This document shows, piece after piece, positions 48,551-57,276 of a stretch of DNA of 64,000 bases. The stretch's first letter is position 1. Every line of letters starts with the position of its first letter. This stretch comes from an uncultured virus (IMG/VR IMGVR_UViG_3300001525_000355) (taxonomy: Duplodnaviria > Heunggongvirae > Uroviricota > Caudoviricetes). The stretch lies in the IMG/VR virus record IMGVR_UViG_3300001525_000355. One strand, written 5' to 3'. The notes beneath the pieces are model-generated. The model made no database searches, had not been told where the DNA came from, and saw only the letters and a program-made list of their open reading frames with translations. A program made the translations under genes and the position numbers.

Positions 48551-48615
48551 TGTAATAAGAGGGACTCGAACCCTCTCCTCTCCTACAAAGCGTACTACCT
48601 CTATACTATTATTAC
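48551..48615 (-). ncRNA. tRNA-like element with a truncated anticodon arm
   Basis: Minus strand: GTAATAA TA GTAT-AGAGGTA-GTAC G CTTT-GTA-GGAG AGGA GAGGG-TTCGAGT-CCCTC TTATTAC A. It has a 7-bp acceptor stem, a D arm with GG and a perfect T arm. Confidence 0.65.
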
Positions 48616-48667
48616 ATTAATTAATATATTTAGAAAACAGTAACTGATTTAAAGGAAAATAGAAAAT

Positions 48668-49402
48668 ATGTCTAAAAAGATACTTGGGTTGGATATAGCA
48701 TCATCTACCGGATTTTGTATACTAAATGATGGTAAACTTGAGAAGTATGGTGTAATTACAATTCCATCAGAAATGAACTTATTTCAAAGAATCAAGTATT
48801 TTGAAAATAATCTGATTCAAATTCTAAATGATAATAAACCAGATGAAGTTCATATAGAAGATGTGATATTGGGTATATCTGGTGCCAAAACACTGGCTTA
48901 TTTGGGAAGACTCAATGGAGTTGCAATTAGTGTATGTTATAATAAAGTTGGAGATCATATAAAGTTATATACTCCTGTAACATGGAAAGCAAATAGTTTT
49001 AAGGGATTGGGAGGAATGGCTAAAAAAGCAGAAATTCAAATTGCTGTTATTAGACATTTCAATCTTATTCCAGAAAATGAACTTCTTGAAATCATCAAAC
49101 CCATTACTCAATTCAATGAAGATGATCAAACATTAAAGGAACAATTAGATCTTCTTCGTAAAAAGATAGATATTTTAACTAAAGTATATAACAGAAAGAA
49201 AACATCTGATCAAGAAAAAGATTCTATTAAACCTCAAATAGATGAAGGTAATAAGAAGATCAGTGAAATGAAAAAGTTGATTAAGAAACGAGTAGCTGAT
49301 ATTCAAGGTATCTACAATAAAGTTTCTATATCTCTTACTGCTAAATGTGGATTAACTGCTGATGTCAGTGATAGTATTGGTATAGCTTATTGTAATGTTT
49401 AA
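48668..49402 (+). CDS. ruvC: RuvC-like Holliday junction resolvase with a coiled-coil insertion
   Basis: ILGLDIASSTG, HIEDV, WK...KK and DVSDSIGIA catalytic motifs. Confidence 0.8.
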   Translation: MSKKILGLDIASSTGFCILNDGKLEKYGVITIPSEMNLFQRIKYFENNLIQILNDNKPDEVHIEDVILGISGAKTLAYLGRLNGVAISVCYNKVGDHIKLYTPVTWKANSFKGLGGMAKKAEIQIAVIRHFNLIPENELLEIIKPITQFNEDDQTLKEQLDLLRKKIDILTKVYNRKKTSDQEKDSIKPQIDEGNKKISEMKKLIKKRVADIQGIYNKVSISLTAKCGLTADVSDSIGIAYCNV

Positions 49403-49425
49403 TACAAGAAATTAAGGATTAGATT

Positions 49426-49722
49426 ATGCAATATGAAGATTTAGATTGTGAACTCATTAATATGGGTGTTGAAGGTAAATGTCATACTGATCCAAAAAAC
49501 AAGTTAGTTATATTCGAACTTGAAGATGGCAGAACATATAGATATATATTGACTCCTGATGGATGGGATGTAAAATCTGTAGTCAAAGATAGACTTGCTG
49601 GTAAATTATTGAAGTTGTTAAAAGATGAATTTCCAAATGGTGTAGATGAAGTAAGATTGGGTCAGATATCAGTATGTGAATCAATGTCCATATTTGGAGT
49701 AGATTCGTTTAAGTTATTATGA
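49426..49722 (+). CDS. hypothetical protein
   Basis: ORF with an AAGGA RBS. Confidence 0.6.
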   Translation: MQYEDLDCELINMGVEGKCHTDPKNKLVIFELEDGRTYRYILTPDGWDVKSVVKDRLAGKLLKLLKDEFPNGVDEVRLGQISVCESMSIFGVDSFKLL

Positions 49723-49740
49723 ACTTAAGATATAGTTATT

Positions 49741-51612
49741 ATGTTTGATCCGAAAATTACTTTTAAAAATCCATATTATTACATATCTGGATTTAATTTT
49801 CATGAACTTAGAAGATATGCTGGTGAATTTTTTGGATCTGAAAAAGTATCTAGGTTTATAGAAACTACATCTGATCATTGGTTTCATCATTCTTTTAGAA
49901 TTCATAAATTCTTTATTCCTGAACTTATTTATTTTCTTAGAAATGTAAATAGTTCAGCATGTAGAAAACTTTCTGAAATAATTTTAGAAGTTACATGGTA
50001 TAGTAAAGTTGCAAAATATGAGAAAAAAGCTATACCAAATATTTGTAATTTTTCTTTGATAAATAATGAAATTAATTTACCACTGAAAAGTTATCAATTA
50101 GATTTTATAAGAGAATATTCTAGAAAACAAGTATATGATTTAAGAGGTTATCTTCTTGCGTTTGAACAAGGTCTTGGAAAAACTCTTACATCTTTGGCTT
50201 TAATGACTTCTCTGAATAAACAATGTGTTGTTATTATAGCTCCAAAGAAAACCCTTATTAATGTATGGAAATATCACATAGATAAATTCTATAAGAACAA
50301 GAAAAAAATTTGGATAGCTGGATTCCAGGAAAAAGATCCAAAAGATTGTGATTACTACATTGTTAATTATGAGTCAATGTCAAAATTATTGACTTTACCA
50401 ATATCTAAAGATTGTGGAATTATTGTAGATGAATCTCATAACTTTTTACATATTCAATCTAATAGAAGTCAGAATTTAATTTTACTTTCTCAAAAGTTAT
50501 TATGTAAAGATATATTATTAATGTCAGGAACTCCTTTGAAAGCAATAGGAACTGAAATGATTCCCATGTTAACAGTTCTTGATAGAAGATTTGATGAAGA
50601 TGCCAAACGAATTTTTATACATTCTTTTGGTTTGAGTAGTGATAAAGCAGTAAAATTATTTCATAATCGACTTGGTATTTTGATGTACAGAAAATTAAAA
50701 GAAGAAGTTTTAAAACTTCCCAAGAAACATGAAATTACAAGAACTATCAAAATACCAAATTCAAAACAATATACATTAAAAAGTGTAAAAGAACAGGTTG
50801 TAAAATATATTTATGAAAGAAAATCATATCATCTTAAACATAAAAAAGAATATGATAAAATGTTTGATGAAGTGATTGATTATCTTAATCATAGTAAACT
50901 TTCAAAAACAAAAGATTATAAAGAATATCTTAGAATTATTTCTTTGTTACGATCTAAAGTTTATCTAGATAATCCAAATTTGATACATTGGACTGTTGAA
51001 TATGAAAAGAAAGTAATAATTCCAATTTTACCACCTGATCTTAAAAAGAAATTTATTTTCTGTAAATCAGCAGTTAAGTATGTTAATTTGAAAATAATGG
51101 GTGAAGTCATCGGTGGTCTATTAGTCAGGTTGAGAGATCAAATGTGTCAGGATATGATTAAGTATGGAAAATTAGAAGAAATTATTGATAATGCTAAAAA
51201 GAAAACTATTCTTTTTACTTCCTATACTAATTGTGTTAAATTGGCATCAGATTATTTTTCTAAACGAGGATACAAACCCACTGATGTATATGGCGGTACT
51301 CTTGATTCTGAAGTCTCTATTAAACAATTCAGAGAAAATCCATCTGTAAATCCTTTAATTGCATCTATACAGACATTAAGTACTGGTGTAACATTAACTG
51401 AAGCCAATACCATAATATTTTTAAACAAACCATGGAGATATATTGAATATCAACAAGCCAGTGACAGAATTCACAGAATCGGTCAAGATAGCGAAGTGTA
51501 CATATATACTCTTTTACTCAATACCGGAAATGAACTAAATTTAAGTACCAGGATGGAAGAAATTGAAACATGGTCTAAAGATATGTTTAAGGCTATCATC
51601 GATAATACTTAA
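49741..51612 (+). CDS. SNF2-family SF2 helicase
   Basis: EQGLGKT, IVNYE, IVDESH, MSGTP, TGVTLTEAN and QASDRIHRIGQ motifs. Confidence 0.9.
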   Translation: MFDPKITFKNPYYYISGFNFHELRRYAGEFFGSEKVSRFIETTSDHWFHHSFRIHKFFIPELIYFLRNVNSSACRKLSEIILEVTWYSKVAKYEKKAIPNICNFSLINNEINLPLKSYQLDFIREYSRKQVYDLRGYLLAFEQGLGKTLTSLALMTSLNKQCVVIIAPKKTLINVWKYHIDKFYKNKKKIWIAGFQEKDPKDCDYYIVNYESMSKLLTLPISKDCGIIVDESHNFLHIQSNRSQNLILLSQKLLCKDILLMSGTPLKAIGTEMIPMLTVLDRRFDEDAKRIFIHSFGLSSDKAVKLFHNRLGILMYRKLKEEVLKLPKKHEITRTIKIPNSKQYTLKSVKEQVVKYIYERKSYHLKHKKEYDKMFDEVIDYLNHSKLSKTKDYKEYLRIISLLRSKVYLDNPNLIHWTVEYEKKVIIPILPPDLKKKFIFCKSAVKYVNLKIMGEVIGGLLVRLRDQMCQDMIKYGKLEEIIDNAKKKTILFTSYTNCVKLASDYFSKRGYKPTDVYGGTLDSEVSIKQFRENPSVNPLIASIQTLSTGVTLTEANTIIFLNKPWRYIEYQQASDRIHRIGQDSEVYIYTLLLNTGNELNLSTRMEEIETWSKDMFKAIIDNT

Positions 51613-51630
51613 TATTAGAAAAATATTAAT

Positions 51631-51750
51631 ATGAAATATCAGTTTAACCCATTGTTAGAAGGATGGAAAGGTACTGCTATTGCAACAGGTATTAGTTATC
51701 ATTATGCACCAAAGGGTTATAGAATTTTAAAGAAAGTAATTAAAAGGTAA
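51631..51750 (+). CDS. 39-aa peptide with MKYQFNPLLE leader (not in ORF track)
   Basis: MKYQFNPLLEGWKGTAIATGISYHYAPKGYRILKKVIKR*; the leader is nearly identical to that of the next gene. Confidence 0.6.
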   Translation: MKYQFNPLLEGWKGTAIATGISYHYAPKGYRILKKVIKR

Positions 51751-51757
51751 TAATATT

Positions 51758-51952
51758 ATGAAATATCAACTTAATCCATTGTTAGAAACTTTTCTTGGTA
51801 TTGACACACCAAAGAACATTATAGATAAAAGTAATAAAATTAGAAAACATGCTGATTCTACTTATGGTAAAGCAAAATGGTCAACTCCTTTGAAAAATAG
51901 AAAGAATTTCAAAAAAGCAGCCAAGGAGTTAAGAGATAGAGGCGAAATTTAA
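51758..51952 (+). CDS. small basic protein with MKYQLNPLLE leader
   Basis: Leader motif; Lys/Arg-rich body. Confidence 0.6.
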   Translation: MKYQLNPLLETFLGIDTPKNIIDKSNKIRKHADSTYGKAKWSTPLKNRKNFKKAAKELRDRGEI

Positions 51953-52008
51953 AATTTCTGCTTTTAAAAGTAGAAATAAATTATATTTAAATAGAATTGG
52001 AGATTTTT

Positions 52009-52758
52009 ATGGCTTATAGTAAGAAACAGAAAGCTATCATTATATCTAACATTATTAACAAGTATCCTGATCCAGAAGTTCTTAAAGCAAAGTTGATGAC
52101 TTCATCAAATGCTTATGTTAAAATTGTTGCATTACAAATAGATGAAGATTGGGATATTTATGAGTATCAGAACTTTTTGAATAATCATTTTGTACAAGTC
52201 AGTCAACGTGGAAAAAAGATTGCTGCTTGGCTTCTTATAGCTGCTGGTATTGGTTTGATTGGAGCTGTAGCTGTAGCTGTAGCAATTGGGTCAGGAATAG
52301 GGAAACTTGCTTCAACATTACCAAGAGATAAAAGTAATTTGATAAAATTATCAAATAGTGATATTAAATTTGGTGATAAAGTAAAATATGATGATATTCT
52401 TTCTAAACCAACTAGAAATGAATCATATCATATTGTATGTGAAGCATATGATACAAGTAAAATAATTCGTCCAGAATTATATATTAAGAGTGCTATTAAG
52501 AAAGCAAATAGATGTATATTGATTCTCAATTCAGAAATAAAGCATCTTAGACAAGATGCATCAGCTGGTAATACTATTATTTATTATACAAGAAACATTA
52601 AGAAGATTGCCAAGTTTAAGAACTACTGTGAACAGGTTCTTACTGTTGGTGCTGATACAGAAGAATTAAATAAATTTGTAAGAAGTGGTTACTTCAAGAA
52701 TATAGAAAACTTCTTGACTGATATCATTGCATCAGGTCATGATACTGTGATTGATTAA
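52009..52758 (+). CDS. hypothetical protein with a TM-like Ala/Gly segment; paralogue of the 52853-53242 gene
   Basis: Likely start is ATG52009 after GGAG; KYPDPEVLKAKL domain; WLLIAAGIGLIGAVAVAVAIG segment. Confidence 0.65.
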   Translation: MAYSKKQKAIIISNIINKYPDPEVLKAKLMTSSNAYVKIVALQIDEDWDIYEYQNFLNNHFVQVSQRGKKIAAWLLIAAGIGLIGAVAVAVAIGSGIGKLASTLPRDKSNLIKLSNSDIKFGDKVKYDDILSKPTRNESYHIVCEAYDTSKIIRPELYIKSAIKKANRCILILNSEIKHLRQDASAGNTIIYYTRNIKKIAKFKNYCEQVLTVGADTEELNKFVRSGYFKNIENFLTDIIASGHDTVID

Positions 52759-52780
52759 TCATATCAAAAACAGTTGTAGT

Positions 52781-52824
52781 ATTTGGGTTACTTCCTTTAA
52801 AGTTCTAAAGGAAGTAACCCAAAT
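52781..52824. terminator. stem-loop between convergent genes
   Basis: ATTTGGGTTACTTCCTTTA-aagttc-TAAAGGAAGTAACCCAAAT is a perfect 19-bp inverted repeat. Confidence 0.8.
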
Positions 52825-52852
52825 TGCCAACAACAAAAAAGTATTAGTAAGA

Positions 52853-53242
52853 TTATACTTTTCTTATGATATGATCATCAGCAGTTCTATCTGCATTTCT
52901 AAATGCTTTAACACCCTGATAAACTAAAGATAATTCTCCAAGTAAAAGAGAAGCAAGCCATCTGAAAATAGTTCTTCCTGCAAAATACTTTGCTATATAC
53001 TTTCTATATTGGGAACCAACAAGACCATCAGGAATCCTGGAAGCAATCTTTCTGGCTTTTCCGCTATTAATAGAAAGAAGTTTTTCTTTTAAAGCATCAG
53101 AAGAAGGATATTTCTTCATTATAGAATCAATGATGGTTAATTCATTATAATAAGTGACACCAATATTGGCAAGATCGCCAACACCAGAAGCTTCATTAAC
53201 TACATCAAATGATTCACATACTACACGATAAGTTTTAGTCAT
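52853..53242 (-). CDS. hypothetical protein (MTKTYRVVCE leader), paralogue of the 52009-52758 gene
   Basis: AAGGA RBS; KYPSSDALKEKL domain; lone minus-strand gene in the plus-strand block. Confidence 0.65.
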   Translation of the reverse strand: MTKTYRVVCESFDVVNEASGVGDLANIGVTYYNELTIIDSIMKKYPSSDALKEKLLSINSGKARKIASRIPDGLVGSQYRKYIAKYFAGRTIFRWLASLLLGELSLVYQGVKAFRNADRTADDHIIRKV

Positions 53243-53407
53243 AATTAAATCCTTTATATTTTTATATATTTTTTCAAAAAAAAAAAGAAGATTTAAGAAT
53301 GTACAGTATGAAAAAATATAGTATTTAAAAGATTATATTTAAATTAAAACAATATACAGCAATAGATTAAAAATTACAATACTTAATTCAAAAAGGAACT
53401 AAGGATA

Positions 53408-53788
53408 ATGAATAAGGATGAAATTCTGAAGAAGATAGATGACATCTATTCTCGTTGCAGAATTGGTGGATGGGATAATCATAATGCTGCACCAATGACG
53501 AGTGAGACATATAATCATGCAATTCGATTTATTAATAAATGTGAGAAAAATAATATCTCTTTAAAGAATTGTGATGTATCTCCACTTGAAGATGACAATT
53601 TTTCATTCAAATGGTCTTATAAGGATAAATCATATCTTAGTATAGATTTTGATAGAGAACAAGATCGTCTTCTTTGGTGTTGTTATAAAGATGATAACAA
53701 TTACTGGAATGGTGATTGTGTTCATTTTGAAGATATTCTTCCTGGTTTGAAGAAATATATTGATGCTCATGAAATTGTAAAGAAGTAA
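53408..53788 (+). CDS. hypothetical protein
   Basis: ORF with an AAGGA RBS; GWDNHNAAP motif. Confidence 0.65.
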   Translation: MNKDEILKKIDDIYSRCRIGGWDNHNAAPMTSETYNHAIRFINKCEKNNISLKNCDVSPLEDDNFSFKWSYKDKSYLSIDFDREQDRLLWCCYKDDNNYWNGDCVHFEDILPGLKKYIDAHEIVKK

Positions 53789-53802
53789 AAGGAATTTTTA
53801 AA

Positions 53803-55023
53803 ATGGCTAAAGAAAAAGTAGAAGAATCAATAGATATTGATTTGGATGAAGCTGTTAAGAATAGTCAAGAAAATATTAATGGATTGACTGCAGAACAGAA
53901 TCAAGAAATGGAGAATCAAGCTGTTGAAATTACAAAATCCATTATAGGTTCTGTAAAAGTAGATGAAACTGATAAGTTAAATGCAACAGCAGAATCTGAA
54001 TTCCAGGATGAATTTGATGCATTTTTGAATAAGAAGATTGATGTCAGTAATGATAATGGTGGAGAATATGAAAAGATTCCGACGGGAATTGATCTTCTTG
54101 ATTGTATGAGCGGTGGTGGGTTACCAGTAGGTCAGTTCATTCAATTTGTTGGACTTCCGGGTTCATTCAAATCAACATTAGTTGCTCAATATGTTGGTAA
54201 TGCACAGAAGCATTTTAATGGTAAAATGCTTTGTGTTTATTATGATACTGAGGTTACTATGACCAAGAAAAGATTGATCCAACTTGGTGTATGTAATCCG
54301 CCTCTTAAACCATATGATGACATTACTATAGAACAATTGTTCCAGACAATTGAAGCAATGTGTGCATATAAGGAATCGAAGGGAATTGATATTCCTTCGA
54401 TCATTGTATGGGATTCTATTGCAAATACATCAACATTGAAGGAAAGATCTACTGATGAAATTAATCAAACATTAGGTCTTAAACAAAAATTATTGAGCCA
54501 GTTACTTCCTCGTTATCTCCCCCGTTTACAGTCGGCAAAAATCCAATTAATTGCTACAAATCAGTTAAGAGACAGATTAGATGTTGGAATGTATGGACCG
54601 CCACCGGATCTTAAGGGTTTGGGTTCATTTGATATTCCTGGCGGAAAAGCAATTAAATTCAACTGTTCAACTCTGTTGATGTTACAAAATAGAGCAGAAC
54701 TTAAAGAAGAACAATATGGTTTTAGAGGTTATCTTCTTGAAGCAAAGTTTATTAAAAATAAACATTTCCAACCACAAATTAAATTTGATCTTGTTACTGA
54801 TTTCTCTAAAGGTATAGATAATTTCTTTACTAACTATAAACTTCTTTCAGAAAATAAGAGATTACAAACTGGTGCATGGAACCATCTTGTATCTATTCCG
54901 GATGTTAAATTCAGAACTAAAGATGCCAAAGAACTTTATAATACGAATGAAAAGTTCAAGGAAGTGTTTGATAAAGAAGTGAAAGATGTACTTCAAACTG
55001 TTTACATTGATAAGTATTCGTAA
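53803..55023 (+). CDS. recA: RecA/UvsX-like recombinase
   Basis: IPTGIDLLD...GGGLPVG, Walker A GLPGSFKST, YDTE, IVWDS, ATNQLR, PGGKAIKF and KNK motifs; acidic N-terminal extension. Confidence 0.9.
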   Translation: MAKEKVEESIDIDLDEAVKNSQENINGLTAEQNQEMENQAVEITKSIIGSVKVDETDKLNATAESEFQDEFDAFLNKKIDVSNDNGGEYEKIPTGIDLLDCMSGGGLPVGQFIQFVGLPGSFKSTLVAQYVGNAQKHFNGKMLCVYYDTEVTMTKKRLIQLGVCNPPLKPYDDITIEQLFQTIEAMCAYKESKGIDIPSIIVWDSIANTSTLKERSTDEINQTLGLKQKLLSQLLPRYLPRLQSAKIQLIATNQLRDRLDVGMYGPPPDLKGLGSFDIPGGKAIKFNCSTLLMLQNRAELKEEQYGFRGYLLEAKFIKNKHFQPQIKFDLVTDFSKGIDNFFTNYKLLSENKRLQTGAWNHLVSIPDVKFRTKDAKELYNTNEKFKEVFDKEVKDVLQTVYIDKYS

Positions 55024-55053
55024 TACTTGATTATATTAGTTAATTAATAATCA

Positions 55054-55091
55054 AACTCTGATAGACATTTTAATAGATGTCTATCAGAGTT
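55054..55091 (+). terminator. stem-loop after recA
   Basis: AACTCTGATAGACAT...ATGTCTATCAGAGTT is a 15-bp inverted repeat. Confidence 0.7.
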
Positions 55092-55176
55092 CAACTACAT
55101 TATTTTAAATAACCGTATTTTAGTATTCTAGAACAAAATCAAAAGATTTGTGTTGATAAATTACGGAGTTCTTTTA

Positions 55177-55704
55177 ATGAAAGATACTATTTCTATTGCT
55201 AAGAAGAAGTTGATTAGCGAAATGATGGAAAATTGGTATACTGCTGATCATATTCTTTTTGGGGGTATTCCAGAGGCTTATATGAAAAAGCCTGTATATG
55301 AATCATATCTTAAGTGTAAAAAATCTTATTTTGAATCACTTTTTGAGATGTATAATCTTATTGGTTATACTTCAAAATATATTGACATTCCCTCCAATAG
55401 TATGGAAGTCAAGTTAAATTCTCTTAGATCAGTAAGAGAATCAAAACAACTTGCTTCTAAGACTTTACTCAAGGAAGCCAAACAATTTAGTAAACTTCTC
55501 AAGGAATCAAAAGAAGAGAATATAGATTCCAATGTTAAGAAGTTACAGTTATCTTGTCAGTTTGAATCTGCTTTCATTGATACTCAGTTTAAGAATGCGA
55601 GAAAACTTAACAATATGAATGATCCAAAATTCATTCTTCTTAAGAATTGTCTCAATGAATCAAAGAAAGAACTCATCAATTATTCAGTAACTTATATGAA
55701 GTAA
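55177..55704 (+). CDS. hypothetical (possible head) protein
   Basis: Likely start is ATG55177 after GGAG; ISE, LKE (twice) and LNE sites. Confidence 0.6.
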   Translation: MKDTISIAKKKLISEMMENWYTADHILFGGIPEAYMKKPVYESYLKCKKSYFESLFEMYNLIGYTSKYIDIPSNSMEVKLNSLRSVRESKQLASKTLLKEAKQFSKLLKESKEENIDSNVKKLQLSCQFESAFIDTQFKNARKLNNMNDPKFILLKNCLNESKKELINYSVTYMK

Positions 55705-55710
55705 TTATTT

Positions 55711-55872
55711 ATGGAATCTGTTAAAATTCAAGCTTTACTCAGAGAGAAAGAACTCCTCGAAGAAATAAGACACAAACGTAAAGCTCAGAAAGAAGCAGAT
55801 TCTATAAAATCAAATAAGACTAATAATAAAGAAGTTCACAAACAAAAGAAACAACAAGAAATTTTCATTTAA
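55711..55872 (+). CDS. small basic protein, 53 aa (not in ORF track)
   Basis: MESVKIQALLREKELLEEIRHKRK...EIFI*; fills the gap between its neighbours. Confidence 0.5.
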   Translation: MESVKIQALLREKELLEEIRHKRKAQKEADSIKSNKTNNKEVHKQKKQQEIFI

Positions 55873-55884
55873 GGAGTTTTAATT

Positions 55885-57231
55885 ATGGTATTCGTATATC
55901 CTTGTGTTACAAGCGAGAACGTCAATAGACAGATTGTTCCAGCTGCTACTAAATCAATGGAAATATTTTTCCTTTATCAGCTTCAATCTGCTTTCAATGA
56001 TGGTGTGATTAGATGTGTTCAAAATCCTGATTATGCAAATCTTCCTGGTCCTATTACATTTGAATGCACTGATAAATCAAATGGTAAGGAAACTTTATTG
56101 GAGAAATCATTTGACGCTCTTGAAAATATCAAGATAGTTGTTACGGAAGATAAGGTTTATTATAAGAATGATTATACTAAACCAAGAATGTCAGATGATA
56201 TTAAGAATATAATTACCGAATCTCAGAATGTAGAAGAGAAACTTCATACATTTAAGATTAAGTTGGATTATATGGTTGAGAATTCAACTAATGAAGATTT
56301 CATTAAATCTGCTAAATTAGTTACTGAGAATATCGTTAAAGATATCATGACTGAACATGAATTTAGAAAACTTCTTGAAGCAAAAGGTCCTGATGTACCA
56401 GGAGAAAATGATAAAAATGGTACTCCGATAGAAATAAAGATAAGTCAGGATGGTGGGAAGAAAGGTAAAGATCAGAAAACAGATAACTTTAAGAAATCTG
56501 ATGATATCAAAATTGATCTTACTCCAACTTCAATGCCTTTGGAAGTTCAGGTTTATAGAAAGAATAAAGATGGTAGAACTACTACCGAAAATAAGTTGAT
56601 TACTGTTGGTGTTAAAGTTGTACCTATTAAGATTAAGAATTTTAATATGGTAAATGATGCACTTATGAATGATTACTTCACTAAGTTTAGCGAAGGTGTT
56701 TTCAAATCGATATATAGAAGTGCAGCAAGAGGAATAATGGGTGGTTTTAGAAAGGTTCTTGATAAGATCGGCATTTCTAAGTTCCTTCCTGATCCTGCTG
56801 ATGAAATGTATAAACGGAAGGGTGACATTGTAAAACAAATGATTACAATGGCTCCCAGTAACTTTGTAAATGCTTCCGCCTTTAGAAGTAATCTTCATTC
56901 TGCTCCTGCTAACTATAAGTTCACTTCTTCTGTTGTTATGTTTAACAAGGATGATATCGAAGAAGATGAAAGTATATTTATGAATAGATCAGCTATGAAT
57001 AGATTATTCAAGATGGGTTGGACATCATTTGCCGTTCTTGATCCTGTTAAAGAAGTTATGTTGTTCATTTCTAATCTTGATGGTGGTTTCTTACATGAAC
57101 TTCCTTATAGTTACATGTTCAATGCATTAAATGCTTCTGATATCTATAAGAATGAATCTTCATTGAGAAATGGTGCAAGACCGTTTAGTATTAGAAAAGG
57201 TAATTTTGCTGCATTTGCAAGGTCTCTTTAA
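55885..57231 (+). CDS. hypothetical (possible virion) protein
   Basis: AAGGAG RBS; an internal segment carries LLE, ITE, VTE and LLE sites. Confidence 0.7.
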   Translation: MVFVYPCVTSENVNRQIVPAATKSMEIFFLYQLQSAFNDGVIRCVQNPDYANLPGPITFECTDKSNGKETLLEKSFDALENIKIVVTEDKVYYKNDYTKPRMSDDIKNIITESQNVEEKLHTFKIKLDYMVENSTNEDFIKSAKLVTENIVKDIMTEHEFRKLLEAKGPDVPGENDKNGTPIEIKISQDGGKKGKDQKTDNFKKSDDIKIDLTPTSMPLEVQVYRKNKDGRTTTENKLITVGVKVVPIKIKNFNMVNDALMNDYFTKFSEGVFKSIYRSAARGIMGGFRKVLDKIGISKFLPDPADEMYKRKGDIVKQMITMAPSNFVNASAFRSNLHSAPANYKFTSSVVMFNKDDIEEDESIFMNRSAMNRLFKMGWTSFAVLDPVKEVMLFISNLDGGFLHELPYSYMFNALNASDIYKNESSLRNGARPFSIRKGNFAAFARSL

Positions 57232-57276
57232 TTAGAGACCTTGTTTAAATACAATTGATATAACAGGAATTTCAAT

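Noticed and set aside
48551..48615. Functional tRNA-Tyr(GTA)
   Set aside because: GTA sits in a 3-nt loop on a weak 4-bp stem, there is no 7-nt anticodon loop and no long variable arm; reported as a tRNA-like element instead.
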